A stretch of 32,000 nucleotides of DNA, from NCBI RefSeq assembly GCF_049243625.1, contig NZ_CP046975.1. One strand, written 5' to 3'. Both the position numbers and the translations under genes were made by a program. This stretch comes from Corynebacterium amycolatum (GTDB lineage: Bacteria; Actinomycetota; Actinomycetes; Mycobacteriales; Mycobacteriaceae). This document shows, piece after piece, positions 8,270-15,095 of the stretch. The notes beneath the pieces are model-generated. The model made no database searches and was not told where the DNA came from. It was given only the letters and a program-made list of their open reading frames with translations. Position 1 is the first letter of the stretch; each line of letters begins with the position of its first letter.

Positions 8270-10615
8270 ATGTCCGCCAACGTTTTCTTTGCAAGCGATT
8301 TCAAGACCATTAAGGGCTTCGAAAAGCAAACGATGCAGTTCATAGAGAAGCTGCGGGAGGATCCAGCAAACCCTTCTCTGAAAGTCAAGCCACTGAAGAA
8401 CGCCGTGGATTCTCGCGTGCGGACGGCGAGAGTCACAGACCAGTACAGAGCTGTGCTGATTGAGCTCGAAGGATCCAAACAGCGTCATTTTCTTCTGATG
8501 AAGATTGACAACCACGATGAGGCCAACGATTATGCGGCCAGACTTCGTATTCGCAGTAATCCTGTCAATGGTGTTCTTGATTTTGTCGTCGAAGAAACCG
8601 AAGACAATGAAGCCGATGTCGCGGCCGAAATCGAATCACGTGCTCAGCAGCTAGCAGCAGAAAAGCTGGCGAAGCTCCAGGCAGAACAGGAGGCTGCAGC
8701 CGCCCACGATGAATCCGAAAGCTCGGAGGATAGTGAGGCGGAGGCACCTGCATCGCGAACGGAGACGCAACAGGGTGAGACAACGACCGTCGTTACGCCA
8801 GCCGTTCCCCCGCGTAAGACACTGATGGACGCGGGGATTGACCAAGAAGCGTTGGAGACTCAGCTTGGAATCTCCAAGGTTTCCATCGGTGCGACGTGGC
8901 GGGCCGAATCTGAGGATGACCTCGAATCTCTGCTGGCTAAGAGCGCTGATTGGGAGAAGGATGCCATCGTCGGCCTGATTGCGGGAATGACCATTGCTGA
9001 GGTCAAGGAAGACCTCGGTCTGGCCCCCGCCTCTCCCACCGACGAAGCCGAGCTCGGCGGTGACGAGATTGTTACTCAGCTCAAGGAAAAGGGACTTGTG
9101 TTTGAGGCTTCCGAAGAGGAGCTTCAGGAGATTTGGGAGAAGGGCTCCTTCCAAGAGTGGCGAGTATTCCTGCACCACTCCCAGCGAAAGGCAGCCTTTG
9201 GCGATCACAAGGGTTCCGCTCGCGTCGTGGGCGGCGCGGGTACTGGCAAGACGGTTGTGCTTGTTCACCGCGCGAAGTACCTGCTGGAGAAGTACCCCAA
9301 CTCGAGCATCCTGCTGACTACGTTTACGCGAGGTCTCGCAAACCAGTTGAAGACCCTGATGAGCACGCTCGATCCGTCCTTCCCGGGAGCTTCCTCCCAC
9401 GGTGCTCCGGGACTGTGGATTTCGGGTATCGACGCACTTGTCCGCCGGGTATTGGACAATGCCCAGACCACAGAACTTGAAGCAGCTATGGAATCTGCTT
9501 TGGGAATCCACGGTTCTTTCGTCCCTCGTCCCTTGGGCGATTACCAAGAGGATCAGATGTGGCAGGAAGCCGCTGAGCTCCACGGCGAAGGCATGCATCC
9601 CTCTAAGCTCCAGGCGGAATTCCTCCGCGGCGAGCTCGTCGATGTCATCCTCACCTCATCCATCAGCACCGAAAAGGAGTACCTGCGCGTTTCCCGTCAG
9701 GGACGCGGTACCTCGCTCAACCGCGCCGAACGCAAGAAGGTGTGGGCTATCTGCCGCTCGTTCCTGCGTTCCTGCGAGCTTGAAGAGCAGCTCCCCTTCC
9801 CCGCCCTCGCCGTCGTCGGTGCCGAAGCGCTCGAGCACCGCGGCGTCCCAATGTTCGAGCATGCGCTTATCGACGAAGCCCAGGACTTCCATGCAGGACA
9901 TTGGCGTTTCCTTCGGGCTGCGGTAGCCAAGGGGGCAGATGACATCTTCATCGCAGAGGACTCTCACCAGCGAATCTATGGTCGCCGTATCATCTTGCGA
10001 AACTACGGCATTGAAACCCGCGGTGGTGCAACCAAACGACTCCGCGTCAACTACCGAACCACCGCGCAGAACCTCTCCTACGCAACCTCGATTCTGGAGG
10101 GTGCAGAATGGATCGACTCAGAAGCTGAAAACGATACGCTCGTCGGTTACCGGTCGCTTGCCAACGGCCCGGCACCGATCATCGCGCACGCAGCCAACAA
10201 GCATGAAGAGTTCGACATCATCGCCACTACGGTCAAACAGTGGCTCAACTCTAATTCCCCATCGATGCACGTAGGGATTCTTACCCGAACTAACCGACAG
10301 TCTGATGAGCTAAAGACCTTCCTCGGCGAGAGAGGCATCTCGGTCTCCGGAGATCGCTCCGGTGCTGTCACATTGAAGAACGAGGTATCGGTGATGACCA
10401 TGCACAACGCAAAGGGCATGGAATTTACCAACGTCATTCTCGCGGATGTTTCCTCGGACAATATGCCCAAAATCTTCGGCTTCAATGCACTTGCGGAGTC
10501 TGAACAAAACGATGCACTTCAGCGTGAGCGGGCGCTACTCTACGTTGCGGCCTCGCGTGCTCGTGACCAGCTCGTCATCACGATGGTTGGTGCGCCTTCG
10601 GAGTTGTTGCCTTGA
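8270..10615 (+). CDS. UvrD/Rep-like SF1 DNA helicase with a RelE/ParE-like N-terminal module and an acidic linker
   Basis: ATG start with a GAAAGG Shine-Dalgarno about 10 nt upstream, 23 nt after the previous stop. Walker A is GGAGTGKT (9230..9253) and Walker B is LIDEAQDF (9866..9889). Further SF1 motifs are RVNYRTT, MTMHNAKGMEF and LLYVAASRARDQLVIT (motif VI). The N-terminal roughly 95 aa read FKTIKGFEKQTMQFIEKLREDPANPSL...RTARVTDQYRAVLIELEGSKQRHFLLMKIDNHDEANDYA. Confidence 0.85.
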   Translation: MSANVFFASDFKTIKGFEKQTMQFIEKLREDPANPSLKVKPLKNAVDSRVRTARVTDQYRAVLIELEGSKQRHFLLMKIDNHDEANDYAARLRIRSNPVNGVLDFVVEETEDNEADVAAEIESRAQQLAAEKLAKLQAEQEAAAAHDESESSEDSEAEAPASRTETQQGETTTVVTPAVPPRKTLMDAGIDQEALETQLGISKVSIGATWRAESEDDLESLLAKSADWEKDAIVGLIAGMTIAEVKEDLGLAPASPTDEAELGGDEIVTQLKEKGLVFEASEEELQEIWEKGSFQEWRVFLHHSQRKAAFGDHKGSARVVGGAGTGKTVVLVHRAKYLLEKYPNSSILLTTFTRGLANQLKTLMSTLDPSFPGASSHGAPGLWISGIDALVRRVLDNAQTTELEAAMESALGIHGSFVPRPLGDYQEDQMWQEAAELHGEGMHPSKLQAEFLRGELVDVILTSSISTEKEYLRVSRQGRGTSLNRAERKKVWAICRSFLRSCELEEQLPFPALAVVGAEALEHRGVPMFEHALIDEAQDFHAGHWRFLRAAVAKGADDIFIAEDSHQRIYGRRIILRNYGIETRGGATKRLRVNYRTTAQNLSYATSILEGAEWIDSEAENDTLVGYRSLANGPAPIIAHAANKHEEFDIIATTVKQWLNSNSPSMHVGILTRTNRQSDELKTFLGERGISVSGDRSGAVTLKNEVSVMTMHNAKGMEFTNVILADVSSDNMPKIFGFNALAESEQNDALQRERALLYVAASRARDQLVITMVGAPSELLP

Positions 10616-11091
10616 AGTGTCAACTGAAATGCAATTGTAAGTCCATAACACGCCTAAACTCCGCCTATAAGAACGATTTAGGCCCCCGCGACCACAACTG
10701 AGCGCTGGTGGACAATCCGTTCGGGTTCTAAACAAGGAAGAGCTGCCAAAAACGAACGAACTGATTCACTACGATTCGCCGAAGTGTTCAACCATATTCG
10801 CCGTTAACGAAACCCCATACGGCTTATTGCCCCAACTTAACCGGGCCGATAACTGGAGCCAAACTATAACGGAATGTGCCAGTGCATAATAGATAATGCG
10901 CACGCTTTTTCGCCACTGCCCTACTTATATTAGTCAACATAAGGAGGCTAATTTCCGAAGAAAAGAAAATGTTACCTTAAAAGGTGTCAGCACTATCCTG
11001 ATACTAACGCACTTATCAACGGTACAATCGACTATAAAACGATTCGAAACTCATGAATCAAAAAAATCTAATATACACTTTTACTCCAGCT

Positions 11092-12993
11092 CTACAAGTT
11101 GAAGGCCTTTCGAATAATAGCGTACACATCTGTAAAAATGTCTAGATCATTGTCTGCAGTTTTGATTAAGTTTTGCTGAAACGAAAATATCTCGTCTGAA
11201 CTCGGCTTAACTCCATCAGGCAATTGGTAGGAATCTCTAACATGCTCACGCCATGCTTCCTTCCAAAGAGAGCCATCATTAAGGCCCCCACCTCGTTCCG
11301 CAACATAGTTTGAAACCGGTTCCAGCGACGGGATACTGTCAGCAACTAACTGTTCAGGGACTCCACCAGGGAGAAACTGCAAATACTCCTTAGCCCAAAG
11401 TGCGCAAGCCCTCCGGCTATCTTCCAAAGTAGAATCATTACTGTTCTTAGGAATCGAAGGGCAACCAGGTCTAAAAATGTAATTTTTCCAAAACGCCTCC
11501 CAGGAGGCATCCGCTCCTAGCTCAGTCTTCAATTCCTTATCAAACGCCGCGAGATTGCGATCAGCAAAACCGGGCGGTCTACCATCTCCGTCAATCAAAA
11601 TAAGGATGTTATCCACACCGGCTAAGGCGTGCGAGGCAGTATTATGATTAACTAGGTCATTCTCTCCACCCGGAAACACCACAACATCAATCGTCTCTAA
11701 CATAATCCTATTCACTTTTCGAATCGCGGTTTCGACGATTAGCTGACTAAGCCGATCCTCTACCAGAACAGTGTAACCTGACTGCGCCCGCAAATCCCCT
11801 ACCCTAAGGAACGCCTCATTTGGCGAACATTTATTCGCTACGAGGTGCACCTTACGATCTTCATTACTAAATGCAAGAACTTTAATAGCTTGCGGCGGAA
11901 GTTCAGCTACGAATGCAGGCGAGTGCGTAGCAATCGCCATTTGGTGCCCATACTTCAAACACTGCCGTACTAGAAAGTCCATCAAACGAGATTGAGCACC
12001 GGGATGCAACGAAGTTTCCGGCTCATCAAAAATAATTAATGAACCAGGCGGGGCTGACAGTACGCTATCTACAATTCGCGCAACGGCAAACTCACCAGCA
12101 CCAGCATGCGCCTCAGAGAATGAACCAGATGAATCTTCGAGAATAAATCTTATTGTAAAACCACGGGTATAAAAGAACCTATGTTCAATGATAGCAATAT
12201 CTGAAAGTGGCTTTCCAATGATTTTGCGGCACTCCTCGACGGCTTCAGCTTCAAAGTACCGAACGGGTTCATGCACTCTTCCAGCAAGAAATTTTGGCAG
12301 ACGATCGCCACGCTCCATTGCCTCAGCCAAGTCTTCAGATTTTTGTACGATTTTATAGCGCTTATCAGTTCTCGAATTTACATCCCTACTTAAAGGCATA
12401 TGATAAAGATATTTATCAAAAGCGCTAATTTCAGAACGAAAATCCATGTAGATTACATTTTTCTCAATCGGGTTCCAGCGATCTCTCTTTTTCGAAATAT
12501 GCTCATCGAACCCTTTCCTTGGAAGAGCTCTCATTCCATCTTTTTGAACACGTTTTGTCGGCTCCCAATAGTCAGGGTCCTTTTTGCCTTCCAGTCGCTT
12601 AGGCAGAGCTTTTGTCTTCCTGTAATTTCTGCTTACACGAGCTTTCCTGCATTCTGCCTCTACACCAGAGTTATCGAATCGATATGTGTAGATGAATCGC
12701 TGAATCTCGTTGGAATTTGCTCCACGAAAATTTTCATTAATATCATCAACTGCAGTTGAAAACCAAAAGTCAGAAACACTCTTTCCAGCTGGCGCGCCGT
12801 ACAGTGCTTGTAAAATCGAGCTCTTATTTGAACCGTTTGCCCCAACCAGCGCTGTAATTGGCCAGTCAAAATCAAGTTCTAAGCCTTTTGCTAACGTCTT
12901 ATAACATGGAAATCTCATCGACGTAATAAAATTATTGAACTTTTTCCAGTTCGTGAATGCGTTAGTCAACTTCAGAACATTATCTACACTCAT
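11092..12993 (-). CDS. ABC/AAA_15-21-type ATPase fused to a Toprim/OLD-like (DUF4435-like) C-terminal domain
   Basis: Walker A is GANGSNKSS (12817..12843). SEAHAGAGEF is an ABC-signature-like element. Walker B/D-loop is LIIFDEPETSLHP (DE at 12022..12027) and the H-loop is IATHSP. The C-terminal half has YTVLVEDRLSQ (Toprim-like Glu, about 11758) and ILILIDGDG (DxD, 11584..11592). A GGGAG Shine-Dalgarno lies 8 nt upstream of the ATG, and the gene starts 14 nt downstream of the methyltransferase stop. Confidence 0.75.
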   Translation of the reverse strand: MSVDNVLKLTNAFTNWKKFNNFITSMRFPCYKTLAKGLELDFDWPITALVGANGSNKSSILQALYGAPAGKSVSDFWFSTAVDDINENFRGANSNEIQRFIYTYRFDNSGVEAECRKARVSRNYRKTKALPKRLEGKKDPDYWEPTKRVQKDGMRALPRKGFDEHISKKRDRWNPIEKNVIYMDFRSEISAFDKYLYHMPLSRDVNSRTDKRYKIVQKSEDLAEAMERGDRLPKFLAGRVHEPVRYFEAEAVEECRKIIGKPLSDIAIIEHRFFYTRGFTIRFILEDSSGSFSEAHAGAGEFAVARIVDSVLSAPPGSLIIFDEPETSLHPGAQSRLMDFLVRQCLKYGHQMAIATHSPAFVAELPPQAIKVLAFSNEDRKVHLVANKCSPNEAFLRVGDLRAQSGYTVLVEDRLSQLIVETAIRKVNRIMLETIDVVVFPGGENDLVNHNTASHALAGVDNILILIDGDGRPPGFADRNLAAFDKELKTELGADASWEAFWKNYIFRPGCPSIPKNSNDSTLEDSRRACALWAKEYLQFLPGGVPEQLVADSIPSLEPVSNYVAERGGGLNDGSLWKEAWREHVRDSYQLPDGVKPSSDEIFSFQQNLIKTADNDLDIFTDVYAIIRKAFNL

Positions 12994-13007
12994 TATAAAC
13001 TCCCAGA

Positions 13008-14081
13008 CTAAAACTGTTCTAGAATGGTATCTGCGATAGCCGAAGCTAAATCCACTGGTACCGCATTACCGATTTGCTTTGCAATTGCGGTTTTCGATCC
13101 ACACCACAGGTAACTGTCGCTGAAGCCTTGAAGCCTCGCAGCTTCGTGGTGCGTGATTGGCCGATCAGCTACGGGATGCAAGTACCGTCCTTTTTCTGGC
13201 TTAAAGAACTCAGTCCGGATCGTCACCGATGGCCTATCATAAAACAACCGTCCCATTACATCAGAGGAGCCTGAATTATGACTCTTCCAACACTTTGGTA
13301 GATACTCCTCTGGGATTGAAAACCTATTTCCGCCAGGGCCGATATAGCTTATTCGGCGTTTGGTAAGTTCAGTTAAGTTTCTCGTTAGATGTAGTTCTTC
13401 CGATTTGAATGGCCCCGGTATCTTTTTATTCCCTTTCCAAAACCGACCTGAAGGCAACTCCCTTCTGTCTACTTGAACCTGGATACCGGCAGTCGATTCC
13501 CTAAATGTCTTATATCTCGATATCTTTGCATCCTTCAGGCGTTCCGTATTCGGCTTCTTCACATCTTTTCTCCAACCGATTACTATCGCCCTTTTTCGAC
13601 TTTGTGCCACTCCAAAATTAGCAGCATCCAAAATCATTGAATCGAAAGCATAATCCCTTAATAACCCTTCTGCGTTCAATACATATACAAATTCTTGGTA
13701 TTGACTACTTTTCAGAAAAGACGCCACATTCTCGAGCACAAAGTACTTAGGTTTTGTTATGTGAATAAATTCTACATATTTTTCCCATAGGCTGTTTCGC
13801 GGATCATCTGCTTTACGCTTTCCTAATGTCGAAAAGCCCTGACATGGAGGCCCTCCAACCACAATGTCTGCTTCGATATGTCGTTTTTCTTCGAGCCAGC
13901 TTTCAATCTTCCCATTATAAACATTGGCATTAGGATGGTTAGCTTTAAAAGTGGCTGCCGCGGCTACATCAGATTCAATTGCCAGTAAGACATCGATGTC
14001 CTTCTGGCTTCTTAAGAATCCGGCTGAAAATCCACCCGCTCCTGAAAAAATATCTATAAGTGTAATTCTTCTTTTATTCAA
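13008..14081 (-). CDS. dcm: DNA (cytosine-5)-methyltransferase
   Basis: All canonical C5-methyltransferase motifs are present: I DIFSGAGGFSAGF, IV GGPPCQGFS (catalytic Cys codon at 13842..13844), VI FVLENV, VIII QSRKR, IX RPITHHEAARLQGFSDSY and X GNAVP. The start is a TTG only 15 nt downstream of the mctB-like stop, so the start is uncertain. Confidence 0.9.
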   Translation of the reverse strand: MNKRRITLIDIFSGAGGFSAGFLRSQKDIDVLLAIESDVAAAATFKANHPNANVYNGKIESWLEEKRHIEADIVVGGPPCQGFSTLGKRKADDPRNSLWEKYVEFIHITKPKYFVLENVASFLKSSQYQEFVYVLNAEGLLRDYAFDSMILDAANFGVAQSRKRAIVIGWRKDVKKPNTERLKDAKISRYKTFRESTAGIQVQVDRRELPSGRFWKGNKKIPGPFKSEELHLTRNLTELTKRRISYIGPGGNRFSIPEEYLPKCWKSHNSGSSDVMGRLFYDRPSVTIRTEFFKPEKGRYLHPVADRPITHHEAARLQGFSDSYLWCGSKTAIAKQIGNAVPVDLASAIADTILEQF

Positions 14082-14096
14082 TCTATTCTTCTCTTT

Positions 14097-15005
14097 TTAC
14101 TGTTTTATCCATCTGACAACGCCTACCTGCCCTGCCGCATCAGACACAGCGTCCACACGCTTCACGGCGGGGTCGGCGCCCCAGCGGTCATCAGGCAGAG
14201 CACTGACGCCTTCACGGCCGAAGCCATCAGTCCCCACCACCACGTGACCAGCAGCATCGTCACCAGCACCAAAGCCCTCAGCAAGAGCCACAGCCAGATC
14301 CGCAACCAGGCCAGCACCGAACTCCGGGTCCTCGCCTTTATCAATCGCAGCCTTTGACACAGTGCCGTGATTACCAACAATCACAATGCCAGCAGCCGGG
14401 CGCAGAGTCCCCTCCTCATACTCAACAAAGCCGCCGCCCTTCAACGCCTCCAGCAGTAGCTTTCGGTCCGCAGCGGAAGCCCGCTCTCCCCCATCCTTAT
14501 CCAGTTCCGACACAGGAGCCAGCGCCTGGCCAGCCTGGCGGCCCGGCTCGCGGCGCTCCGGGTCCAGCTGCACATCAGCTGGCAGTGAGGTAGCGACCGT
14601 GTCCTTCAGCTCATCCGCGCCAGCGGCAGAGAGGAACTTATCGGCTAGCTTCAGCACGCCCGCATCCGGGGCACCAGCAGCGCGCAGGGTCTCGGAAACC
14701 CCTGCCAGCTGCTCATCGGTGGCATCGGGAGTCGCGATAACAAGGACGGGTACGTCCTTCAAAGAGTCCTTGACAATCTCCCCGACGATGGGCTCGATGA
14801 TGCGGTTGGCTTCATCGGCACGCGCTTGCTGCGCATCGGCACGAGCGACAGCGGCATCGCGCTCAGAGGCGGCACCAGTGCCGAAATCAATGCCAGCACC
14901 AGCAGGGTTCAGCACGTAGGCACCCAGTGCAGCACCTGCCGCCACACCGAGGGCAGCACCTGTCACACCGGCTGTAAACTTCCCGCTCCTGCGCTTCTTC
15001 CCCAT
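14097..15005 (-). CDS. MctB-family copper transporter-like membrane protein (SteB-like)
   Basis: An N-terminal basic stretch is followed by one TM helix (FTAGVTGAALGVAAGAALGAYVL) and an Ala/Asp-rich extracytoplasmic domain. Its position directly after steA matches the Mycobacteriales tlyA-nadK-recN-steA-mctB block (Rv1694-Rv1698). Confidence 0.7.
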   Translation of the reverse strand: MGKKRRSGKFTAGVTGAALGVAAGAALGAYVLNPAGAGIDFGTGAASERDAAVARADAQQARADEANRIIEPIVGEIVKDSLKDVPVLVIATPDATDEQLAGVSETLRAAGAPDAGVLKLADKFLSAAGADELKDTVATSLPADVQLDPERREPGRQAGQALAPVSELDKDGGERASAADRKLLLEALKGGGFVEYEEGTLRPAAGIVIVGNHGTVSKAAIDKGEDPEFGAGLVADLAVALAEGFGAGDDAAGHVVVGTDGFGREGVSALPDDRWGADPAVKRVDAVSDAAGQVGVVRWIKQ

Positions 15006-15095
15006 CGCCCGTCCCTCATTCCTTTCGCCGGCGCCTCAATCAGCTCTGACAGCTGAAAACTTCAGGCGCTCACAATGCTCAAGATACCGCTAAAA

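Larger units (their letters stand above)
10616..14096. other. AT-rich, compositionally foreign segment: a 476-bp non-coding gap plus the Dcm/ATPase cassette
   Basis: I counted G+C by hand in single 60-nt lines. Line 11101 gave 23/60, line 14401 (core) gave 37/60 and line 1 (module A) gave 32/60. The shift to high GC occurs within a few codons of the mctB-like stop at 14097. Confidence 0.7.

Noticed and set aside
8651-9598. 315-aa minus-strand ORF inside the SF1 helicase gene, and a 193-aa ORF at 7934..8515
   Set aside because: They are antisense to genes with clear helicase motifs and have no motifs or Shine-Dalgarno of their own.
10652-10683. Inverted repeat GCCTAAA-N18-TTTAGGC after the SF1 helicase gene, considered as a terminator
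   Set aside because: It has an 18-nt loop, an AT-rich 7-bp stem and no trailing T-run. That is too weak for an intrinsic terminator call.
10896-11102. 68-aa ORF in the AT-rich gap
   Set aside because: It has no Shine-Dalgarno at the proper distance, its composition simply reflects AT-rich DNA, and it overlaps the ATPase 3' end. Support is insufficient.
14040-14056. T7 homopolymer in the coding strand of the Dcm motif I region (ATTTTTTTCA), considered as a phase-variation switch
   Set aside because: Seven nucleotides is short for slipped-strand switching, and I have no population data. It is noted only.
1-14081. The idea that the Dcm methyltransferase is the DrmMII-type second methylase of the same DISARM-like system as module A
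   Set aside because: It has the opposite orientation, is separated by a 476-bp gap and differs markedly in base composition. It also has its own tightly coupled ATPase partner. Independent acquisition is more parsimonious, although functional cross-talk cannot be excluded.
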